64,000 nucleotides of DNA from Enterococcus phage 9183: the sequence record MT939241.1, one strand, 5' to 3'. Shown piece by piece: positions 54,176-63,100 of the stretch. Position numbers and translations under genes: made by a program. Under the pieces are notes generated by a model that did no database searches, was not told where the DNA came from, and worked only from the letters and a program-made list of their open reading frames with translations. Position 1 is the first letter of the stretch. The number at the start of each line of letters is the position of its first letter.

Positions 54176-55339
54176 TTAATAGAAAGAACCATGTGCGATC
54201 CCAGTATTAGCATTACGAACTGCTACCCAACGATCTTGTCCTGAATATGATACGTAATGTGCCCAAATATATCCATCAGCCTTTACATATCCATCGTAAT
54301 GGAATGATTGTCCTGTATAATATTGTCCTACGACTCCAGCGTTCACTGAAGGATTTGAACGAATGTTCACAGTTGTTCCAGCAACGAACGTTCCGTTTTC
54401 TTGATGGAATGTTGGAGTTGGAGCTACATTTTGTGTTTCAGTTACCAATGCGCCTGATACCCAACCAGCGCCATTTACTTCAAACCAAGTTGTGTAACCA
54501 TTTACTGATTCACCATTACGAGTGATACGTGTTGCTGTAAAACGATCGCCAGCTTTTAATTGACCAATAATTTTTGCTTTGGTGTTTTGGGCTGCTCGAA
54601 TATTCACAGTTGTGTCGGCTACTTGAGGTTTGTTCCAAGCTGCGATATTGTAAGGAGAAGTTGGTGTAGGATTTGGATTTGGTTTTGGATTAGGATTTGG
54701 TGTAGGAGCGACAGGATCTTGTGAATCTCCAGCGACGCCATATTTCAAATCATTAGCCAGTTTTTGTTTGCTTACGCCCATTTCAGCTAAATATCCATAA
54801 GGATCAGTGTGATCGCCCCAGATATTTTGTGTTACCCACAAATGAGACTTAATACCAGGTGTTCCTGCGCCACCTTCATCTAACGTCAAAGGAATGCCAT
54901 AAGCTTTAGCAGCAGCACGAGCCAATTCTACATAAGCATTATAGTTTTTCTTAAATAATGCTGGGTCAGATGTGTGCTGCAACTCAATTTGCACAGGTGC
55001 ATAAGGATTAGCATTTCCGGCTCCCCATGACACGTAACCCCATTGACCTACACGATAGTCAATTCCACCGTCACCGATGATGTCAGTCGTATAAGCACTT
55101 TGCCAGTTGTTTCTCATATACGTAGCTTCATTGCGGCCCGTTGCTCTAGGATTGGCTGTTTCATGCAAGATGATGTATTTATTTTGAGCAATACGACCAT
55201 CTCCAGCTCCGGCAGGTAAATTAAATTCATTGTTCACTGTATAAAGAGCGGCTGCATCAGCTTTATCTCCTGCGAACAAACCTCCTACGCCTAAAGCGAC
55301 TGTTGCGGCAACGATAGCGATAATTTTCTTAATTTTCAT
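54176..55339 (-). CDS. Endolysin: signal peptide, N-acetylmuramoyl-L-alanine amidase (amidase_2/PGRP-like), two SH3b-like wall-binding repeats
   Basis: MKIKKIIAIVAATVALGVGGLFAGDKADA signal peptide; amidase block YIILHETANP...QIELQHT; Pro/Asn linker; repeats GYTTWFEV / GYIWAHYV. Confidence 0.65.
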   Translation of the reverse strand: MKIKKIIAIVAATVALGVGGLFAGDKADAAALYTVNNEFNLPAGAGDGRIAQNKYIILHETANPRATGRNEATYMRNNWQSAYTTDIIGDGGIDYRVGQWGYVSWGAGNANPYAPVQIELQHTSDPALFKKNYNAYVELARAAAKAYGIPLTLDEGGAGTPGIKSHLWVTQNIWGDHTDPYGYLAEMGVSKQKLANDLKYGVAGDSQDPVAPTPNPNPKPNPNPTPTSPYNIAAWNKPQVADTTVNIRAAQNTKAKIIGQLKAGDRFTATRITRNGESVNGYTTWFEVNGAGWVSGALVTETQNVAPTPTFHQENGTFVAGTTVNIRSNPSVNAGVVGQYYTGQSFHYDGYVKADGYIWAHYVSYSGQDRWVAVRNANTGIAHGSFY

Positions 55340-55379
55340 AAATTAAGTACCTCATTCTTTCTTTATTTTGTTTTTATAT

Positions 55380-55442
55380 GTATAATCTATTGTCAGTAAA
55401 ACGAACATGTCATTAGAATGTCCTTCTGACAATAGATTATAC
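55380..55442. repeat. Perfect 17-bp inverted repeat (gtataatctattgtcag / ctgacaatagattatac) with a 29-nt spacer between the holin and endolysin genes
   Basis: read directly. Confidence 0.85.
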
Positions 55443-55450
55443 TTTACATT

Positions 55451-55810
55451 TTATTTGTCTTTGTTGCTACCATTTAATTTTCCGTCATCTAAGATATCTC
55501 CTACACTATTCCAGTCTTTGATCTTACCCGTGAATAAAGCAACAATTAAAGTAAGTAAATCTTTACCTCCAGCTGCGATAAGACCAGCAATTACACCATC
55601 ATAAATTCCTAAAGCGATTGATTGATCAGTTGCCCAAGTAGCAAAAACTCCAATTACGACCCCAACTCCACATGCAATTAAAGGTAAAAATCGATTGTCT
55701 ACTTTTTCAACATTTTTAAGAATGTACGTTACTAGAAAGACTCCTAAACCAATCATTAGGATGTAATTATTGTGAAGCATATTCATAGCATTTACGATTG
55801 TATCAATCAT
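55451..55810 (-). CDS. Holin-like membrane protein
   Basis: three predicted TM segments; charged C-terminus; directly upstream of the endolysin. Confidence 0.5.
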   Translation of the reverse strand: MIDTIVNAMNMLHNNYILMIGLGVFLVTYILKNVEKVDNRFLPLIACGVGVVIGVFATWATDQSIALGIYDGVIAGLIAAGGKDLLTLIVALFTGKIKDWNSVGDILDDGKLNGSNKDK

Positions 55811-56181
55811 TAAAAGTTCCTCCCATTAATTTTATTTCTTTCTTTTTCTCTTAAGGCTCTAGATAACTCTACGATTTGTTGTTCTTTTTCCTCTAGGAGT
55901 GCATTCATTTCTTTTTCTTTTAGTTCCAGCTTATCTAATAATTCTTGTGATTGTGCAAGCTGTAACCGAAGTTTTTCAGCCAAATCTTCCAATCGTGAAA
56001 TTTCCAAATCCTTTTCTCGATTTTGTTCCTTTAGTTCTTGAATGATATTACGAATCTCAGTTGTGTAAATTCCAGCGGCATCGGATTTGCTTTTCCTAGC
56101 AACTCCAAGGTAGGTCATTAGTCCGCCAAAGATGGCCGTGACTAGACCAATAAAAACTTCATTCGTGAGCATTTCTTTCAT
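55810..56181 (-). CDS. N-terminal TM plus coiled-coil protein (lysis accessory / XhlA-like candidate)
   Basis: TM followed by a heptad-rich region. Confidence 0.35.
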   Translation of the reverse strand: MKEMLTNEVFIGLVTAIFGGLMTYLGVARKSKSDAAGIYTTEIRNIIQELKEQNREKDLEISRLEDLAEKLRLQLAQSQELLDKLELKEKEMNALLEEKEQQIVELSRALREKERNKINGRNF

Positions 56182-56560
56182 AAAGCCATCTATCTCCTTT
56201 GTATCTTATTGAGAAAATTAGTAAGAAGAAAAGAGTGAATAAAAGAATCCATGTAATGTTATGGTATCCACTTACTGATCTTACCAAATAAATCGTCCCC
56301 AATGAAAAATACAAAGCTCCTAATAATACTATACAAATTTTCTGCAGCTTGGTTTTAATTCGCCAAAAAGAGTAAGCTAAAACCAATGAGAAAACTATGA
56401 TGATAGCACCAGTGATGTTGTCATCTATCCATTGAAAACTTTTTGGTAAAGTTAGAACTCCTCTTTGAACCAAATAGTCATCGTTGACTATTTGGAACAA
56501 TCCGAGGACGAAGGTTGAGATGACTAACGTATAAGCGTATTGCTTTTTGATAATCATCAA
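56159..56560 (-). CDS. Polytopic membrane protein
   Basis: four hydrophobic helices. Confidence 0.45.
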   Translation of the reverse strand: MMIIKKQYAYTLVISTFVLGLFQIVNDDYLVQRGVLTLPKSFQWIDDNITGAIIIVFSLVLAYSFWRIKTKLQKICIVLLGALYFSLGTIYLVRSVSGYHNITWILLFTLFFLLIFSIRYKGDRWLYERNAHE

Positions 56561-56563
56561 TTT

Positions 56564-56698
56564 TTATACCTCCTTGGCACCTTCAATAATTTCTCTAACT
56601 TGATCTTCAGTGATAGACTCTGGTACGAACATGTAAAGCTCTTCTTCCTTCAAGAATCCAACATTATACATATCTTTAATCAAATCAAATTCATACAT
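56564..56698 (-). CDS. 44-aa acidic small protein (not in the ORF track)
   Basis: minus-strand ATG with RBS aaggaga; fills the gap between genes. Confidence 0.3.
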   Translation of the reverse strand: MYEFDLIKDMYNVGFLKEEELYMFVPESITEDQVREIIEGAKEV

Positions 56699-56700
56699 AC

Positions 56701-57186
56701 TTATTCATCTCCTTTAAGAGTTGTCGTTGTCGTAAAAGGTAATGTTCCATTTTCAACTGTTGTTGATGTAGTTGTCGTAGGTTCAACAGTCGTAGATGTT
56801 GTCGTTGTTGCGGCTTTAGTGGTTGTCGTTGTCGTTAATCCATCAAGTAAAGGTTTTACTTTTCTTTCAAGATTAATTGTTGCTAACATTGCTTTTGATG
56901 ATGCCGATCCAGCAATAGCTAATTTTGCTTGATTTTCCGACAATTCTTGATTTGCTTGCGCTAAATCATTTTCTAATCCTTCATAGCGAGCACGAAGATT
57001 ATCAAATTCATCCTTCAAAGCTAAGTCTCCAATGAATACCCATTTCCCTTCAGTTGGAACAAACGTTTGTTGTCCCAAAGGATAATCTTCTAAAGGAGCT
57101 ACGTCAGTGAATGGAAACATCACTGGATATCCTTCACTGACTTCAAATTCTTGTCCGCCTACTTCTTCAAATTTCCAAATTTTCAT
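56701..57186 (-). CDS. Tail-associated protein with Thr-rich C-terminal low-complexity region
   Basis: TTTTTKAATTTTSTT repeats; located after the tail fibre genes. Confidence 0.4.
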   Translation of the reverse strand: MKIWKFEEVGGQEFEVSEGYPVMFPFTDVAPLEDYPLGQQTFVPTEGKWVFIGDLALKDEFDNLRARYEGLENDLAQANQELSENQAKLAIAGSASSKAMLATINLERKVKPLLDGLTTTTTTKAATTTTSTTVEPTTTTSTTVENGTLPFTTTTTLKGDE

Positions 57187-57206
57187 AATATGATCTCCTT
57201 TTATAT

Positions 57207-60089
57207 TTAAACTTCTTCGTTTATTTCTGGTAATGTAGGTGTATCAATTTCTGTAACGTGAACATTTATTAATTGACCTTGTACGTATTTTCCTGATGCC
57301 ATTTCCCAACCAAAACTTAAATTATCGCCTTTCTTACCATTAATTAAAAATGTATGATTAATAGAATTACGATATTGAATATCGCTAGTTGCTAATCCCA
57401 TACCATTACTTTCACGCCATTGAATTGTTTGTTCTGTATCTTTCCAGGCACACAGGTAAACATATCTTCCTGTCGTGGCAGCCAGCCCATTTGCTTTAGC
57501 TGTGACTTCAACTAATAATGTTGCATCACGATTAAATGTTTGATTCCATCGCCCACTATTGAAATCAAGCGGACAAGGTTTCATCTTAACACCTAATCTT
57601 TGACCAATTGTTCCAATTTCATTACCCCATCCCATGCGACCTTTATTTGGCATGTTTGATGTGTGATTTGTTCCAAGATAGAAGTGACCTTCATAAGGAT
57701 ATAACTTTTCTTCCAAAATAGTGATACGTTTTAATGCGTCTTGTAATGAAGCCATGTCTGCTACTTCCACCCAAGGTTTTGCCACATTAGGTGATACACG
57801 ACGAAATGCCATTCTTTGTTGAATTGAATCATTAGCTACGTTCGTATATAATATTTGAACGGAGCTGCCTGTGTCAATATCAGGAGTATTTTGTAGGATG
57901 TAACCAACTGTGTTAGCTTTCATCGATTCAGGAATATTTGCGTAATCCGTCATCGCTTGCATCTCTGCGCCGGTCAAATATACATATCCTTTTCTTAATC
58001 TTAGATCAGCCAAGGATGCTTTTGCTGATGTGATTTGTGCAAGTAAAAATGCATTTCCATCATCATTGGTTAATTTTGCTTTTTGCCACAAAACTGTAAG
58101 ATTATCAAAATCTGCTCTCCTAAACGTTTCATTCCATCCTGTAGCTGATCCGCCATATATGCGACGAAATGCAATTCGTAGGTTCGTAGCAGCATAAGCC
58201 ATTGCATAAACGAATTGAATTGTTCGATCTGGAGAAACGTCAGGAACATTATGAACGACGTAGCCTGAAATTTGAGATGCATCACCACTAGGAGTTCTTA
58301 ATGTTGAAGGCAATGTGTTGTAATCGGTCATTGCTTGAGCTTCAGCTTGTGATAGCATAATATATTTCTTATGAATTTTCAAATCAGCAAAAGAGGCTTT
58401 TGCTCCTTCAATATTTACTAAAGGAACAGCGTCACCATCATCCATCGTCATTGGATAATTTTGAACATTGTTTTCAAGATATTGTCTACTTAAATTCCAA
58501 ACATAGTCTTTAGGACTATCACTGTCTTGGAAACCAACACCTTGATATTTTAACATGTCTACATTAGGAGAACGTGTATCACCTTTTTCAATCTTAAGCC
58601 ATTCAATTTGACAAGCGCCTACTGTTGATTGCGGATACTGAAAAATACGCAATTCTTTAGGTACGTTTGAAGAAACATGATTTGGTGTAAATGTTAAAGA
58701 CCACACATCAGTTAATCCTTCTACTGGTTTTAAGTTTCCATAATTAGTAGTTCCTGATCCATCGTTATACACCATAAATGTTTGACCTGAGGGTTTTGTT
58801 CCTTTAAGCGTGATAGTATATGTTTGACCTACTATAAACTCTTTTTCCATGTTAGCTTTATATATTAAGTACTCACTAGAATTAATTGGAAATTTAACAT
58901 CTTTATTTGCAAGATTTTTTCCAATTTCTCTTTTACTTAAATTCCAAGGCTCACCTAATAAATTAGGCTGATATGGTGTGGCTGTTGAGCCTTCTTCAAT
59001 CTTAATATCACTGACAATCACACTACCGTTTATTTTAGCGCCTACTTCTGTGTCAATAGTTAAATAGAATCTTAATAAATCTGTGATTTCATAATTAACT
59101 ATTCCTGTACCCTTGATTGTTATTTCTTTTCCTACTACTGCATCTATAGTTGTAGCATACAATAAAATAGTACCACCGTTGGTTTTACGATAAGATACTC
59201 TCAACTTATCAATATTTCCAGTTGTACCTTCCTCTATTTTAACTTTTGCGCTTATAGTATACGTTTTACCACTAACTAAACTAGGTATGTTATTTGAAGT
59301 AAACGCACTAAGGCGGTTGACCCCCTGAGAAGTTAAACGTATGCTGTTATATCCTACATCTAAGACTGAGACGTCACTCTCTTTATTAAAATCAGAAGCT
59401 TTAATTACATGCATTAGATTGGAATTTCCACTATAATCATAGTCCCCGAAGTCTAATGAATTAGAATACATTACATGCAAATTTCCTAATGCTTCAATTG
59501 CCTTACGAATTTCTTCTGATTTTTGAGCTAAAGAATTATAACTTGTATTTAATGTATTTAACTTACTTTCCAAAGTTCCAATCTTCGTTTTCAGATCAGC
59601 TAACATTGCGTCTCCTGCTTTAGTGTAATTTGCTAAAGCGTCGTTGTAGGCTTTATTCAATTTATCGATCAGCTTATTGTATTCTGTGATAATTGTTTCA
59701 GCTTCATCTGCTGTAATGTCGGCATTATCAAGAACGATAACTTGGAAGTTTGAAGTTGTACTTCTTTGTTTAGTTGTGATGTTCGTTAATGAGAAATAAG
59801 CTCGTTCATATTCTCCTGGAACGCCAAAAGCCATATTAGGAAATGTATAATCAAATTTTCCTTGATTTGCTACGATTCCTGATACTCCTTCTGTGTCAAG
59901 AACGACCGTCTTATTTCCACTTGTGTTTCCTTCAAATGTAATTGTGTAACCCGTCAAATCAATTGGTTCGTCGTTGGCTGTAAGGTAGACGGTAACTTTT
60001 TGAACGCTACCGTCTCCAACACGACCATAGATTATAGGAGTTAAACGTGGCTGTTTGAAAATATCAAAACGCATTTCTCTATTTGCCAA
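57207..60089 (-). CDS. Tail fibre / receptor-binding protein (960 aa) with internal ~100-aa tandem duplication
   Basis: N-terminal domain paralogous to the next gene; repeated blocks ASFADLKIHKKY.. / ASLADLRLRKGY..; TTG start with RBS aaggaga. Confidence 0.55.
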   Translation of the reverse strand: MANREMRFDIFKQPRLTPIIYGRVGDGSVQKVTVYLTANDEPIDLTGYTITFEGNTSGNKTVVLDTEGVSGIVANQGKFDYTFPNMAFGVPGEYERAYFSLTNITTKQRSTTSNFQVIVLDNADITADEAETIITEYNKLIDKLNKAYNDALANYTKAGDAMLADLKTKIGTLESKLNTLNTSYNSLAQKSEEIRKAIEALGNLHVMYSNSLDFGDYDYSGNSNLMHVIKASDFNKESDVSVLDVGYNSIRLTSQGVNRLSAFTSNNIPSLVSGKTYTISAKVKIEEGTTGNIDKLRVSYRKTNGGTILLYATTIDAVVGKEITIKGTGIVNYEITDLLRFYLTIDTEVGAKINGSVIVSDIKIEEGSTATPYQPNLLGEPWNLSKREIGKNLANKDVKFPINSSEYLIYKANMEKEFIVGQTYTITLKGTKPSGQTFMVYNDGSGTTNYGNLKPVEGLTDVWSLTFTPNHVSSNVPKELRIFQYPQSTVGACQIEWLKIEKGDTRSPNVDMLKYQGVGFQDSDSPKDYVWNLSRQYLENNVQNYPMTMDDGDAVPLVNIEGAKASFADLKIHKKYIMLSQAEAQAMTDYNTLPSTLRTPSGDASQISGYVVHNVPDVSPDRTIQFVYAMAYAATNLRIAFRRIYGGSATGWNETFRRADFDNLTVLWQKAKLTNDDGNAFLLAQITSAKASLADLRLRKGYVYLTGAEMQAMTDYANIPESMKANTVGYILQNTPDIDTGSSVQILYTNVANDSIQQRMAFRRVSPNVAKPWVEVADMASLQDALKRITILEEKLYPYEGHFYLGTNHTSNMPNKGRMGWGNEIGTIGQRLGVKMKPCPLDFNSGRWNQTFNRDATLLVEVTAKANGLAATTGRYVYLCAWKDTEQTIQWRESNGMGLATSDIQYRNSINHTFLINGKKGDNLSFGWEMASGKYVQGQLINVHVTEIDTPTLPEINEEV

Positions 60090-60102
60090 ATTTATCGTCT
60101 CC

Positions 60103-63100
60103 TTATAAAAAATCTAAATTAGGATATAGTTGATCAGTTTCGATCATAGGAACACGCATTAATCTACATGTTTCATAATCAGCTTCAGTCTGAACACCAT
60201 AAACCTGATAATAAACACCTGATGCTTGAATGTCTCTCATAGATGTATCATCATTTAAGACAGCCATAGGAATTGAAAGGAGTGCTCCTCCATGTTTTCC
60301 ATATGCATAAATTTCATTTACTGTTCCAGCAGCTCTAGATCCTGGGCTATTCCAAAGCCATGAAACAGGATATTGAGGATAAAGCTTATGAAAAGCATCT
60401 CGTTGTGTTTTATTATTGATAACGAAGAATACTCGTTTTTCTAAACCATAACTTACAATCATATCATGAATCATTTTTGCAGTTGATGCAACGCTTAAGT
60501 CAATTTTACTTCCATCGAAATTAATTGTTAAATCTGTTCCTCTCAATGCTAAAAGAACAGATGATAATGAAGGAACTTTAAGTGTTTGACCAACAAGGTT
60601 AGGATATTTTACTGGATCGATTTTAATATTTAACGCTTTAACTTGAGCTTCTGTTAAATCGGCAAAATTGCCTGTTCCATTAGTTGTTCGATCAACAGTG
60701 TCATCATGCATTAAATATAATTTTCCATCGCTAGTTAAACGAGGATCCAATTCTACTCCGCCATAACCTAAGTCAATCGCAGCTTTAAATGCCTCAAGAG
60801 TATTTTCAGGATATGACACCGTAGCTCCTCGATGAGCCATCATTCGCTCAGTTACTTCATCAGTAAAACTTGTTGGGTAAGGATCAGATGTTTCCCATTC
60901 TCCATACCAATAAGTATTTCCTGTGTAAGTTGCTGTACCAATTTTAATATTGTTTGTACCCAGTCGTTCAACGAAACCTTTATAATTAATGCGTTCTGGA
61001 GCATTAAATTGAACACATGTTAAAGGAACATTCCAATAAGTATATTTTGCTGCATTGCTTAAGCGAAAACCAGTAGGAACTTGCGCAAAAGTAGCAACAT
61101 CTGTTCCTGTGGCACTAGTAAATTTAATTCTGGCAAAGAATTGTACTTTCCGTCCTTTTCTAATGAATTGATAATTAGTGATGTCAGCATCTGTTGTTGA
61201 GTTCGTTTGAATGTATTGCTTAAATCCTTCGTCAATATCATTCGCTGATCCTTCACCCGTTCCAAACCAACCAAATGTTTTCATCCAAGGTAAACGTCTT
61301 TGCATAACTCTCATTGAGCGTGCTGTCATAACTTTAGTAAAATCACCAGCGAAGTTAAAATCTGATGGGCGCATTGCTTCATCAGTAAGAGCATACATTA
61401 AAGCATCATTTTTTCTTGGATCACTGAAATTTTTTGTTCCTACAACATTTTGATTTCCAATAGTTTTTACGAATGTATTTTCTTGTGTTTTTGGAATGTA
61501 TTTTGAATCGACTTCAGTTTTCGTATACGTTTCAGTTTTCGTATATGAATCACCTTTTTTGGCAACTTCTACTCCGCTGCTTTGGAGCGTACCTGTAAAG
61601 TTTTTAAGGCCGGTAATATTTTGATTACCTGAAGTTTTCACTACATTCTTATCAATTTCATCAATTTTTGCTTCATTTGAAGCTGCATTTTTTTCAATGA
61701 AATCTACATTTTCGGGAGCACTGTTCCAATTATAATCTTTAGGATTAGATGACTTAGTAAAACCAATTCCTTTATATTTAAAAGGGGCATTTAAATTAGG
61801 AGTTCGTGTGTCACCTTTTTCGATTTTGAGCCAGTCAATTTGGCATGCACCAACACTTGACGCTGGAGATTGGTAAATGTACACAGCATTTTTCTTTTCT
61901 CCTAAAATATCTATTTTTAGGGTAGCCGTCCATGTATTATGCAGACCCTCAACCGGTTTGAATATGGTGTGATTTTTTAACGCTAAATATACTCCAAAAG
62001 ATTGAGCGGAAGGTTTTGTTGCACCTATGGTCACAGTGTACGTCTCCCCTTCAACGAAATCTTCAGGAGTTCTACCTGAGTATAACGTTTCAACACTTGA
62101 TGTTATAGGAAACTTCACTGCAGGGTCAATAAGATTCTCACCCCACACCGCCTTACTCAAATAATATGGCTCATCTAGTAAATTAGGCTGATAAGGCGTT
62201 GCTGTCGAACCTTCTTCGACTTTGATATTTTCGATTAAAACAGTTCCGACAAAAGGCTCTGTTGATGTTGTATTGATCGTGAAATACATTCTATCGAAAA
62301 TCGATGGATCGGTTGCCGAACTCGAATTTGCCGTGATGAATATTTTCGTCTTCTTTCCGACTTGCGCATCTTTAGCCGTCAATGGCAATATGATTGTCCC
62401 GTTAGGGCTTTTTCTATATCCTAACCTTAAATTTTCTAACTTCCCAGAATAACCTTCCGTAACCGTAACATCTGCACTTAACGTGTATTGTTTGTTAGGA
62501 AGTAAAGCTGGAACACTCTTCATAGTTTCTAAAAAAGTAGCACCATCAGTTTTTGTGAAAGTTACTTTTAATGCATTTCCTATATCTTCTATAGTACCAC
62601 CAGTAACTTTATAAAAATCACTAGCTTTTAGAGGAGTCATTAAGTTAGCATTTCCTGAATAATCATAATTGCCAAAATCCAATGAGTTAGAATATAATGA
62701 ATGTTCAGTGAATGCTTCATTCATTTCATCCTTAGTGTAATACTTACTTAAGTCAGGCTTAGGAATTAGGTCGTTAATGTTTAAATTTAAAGTTATTTCA
62801 CAAACGAAATAATCTAAATTAGTTCTTAACATTTTTGTTCCATCTGATGGGGTAGGTACGCCCATAATAAAAGCCATTACACCATTTTGATCCATTATTG
62901 TGTCAACGGATCCAACACCTGCTGTTACAGGATCGGGTTTGGAAGAACTGTGACTATTATTATCAATGCCCCAACCAGTCCAACCTTGCCAAGTCGTTCC
63001 AGTTGTCGTCCAGTTAGATCGGCCAATTGTATATTTATATACATCTCCTACTGATCCGAAGCCATAAGCAGTTGCACTAACAAAAGTAGCTTTCTTTATT

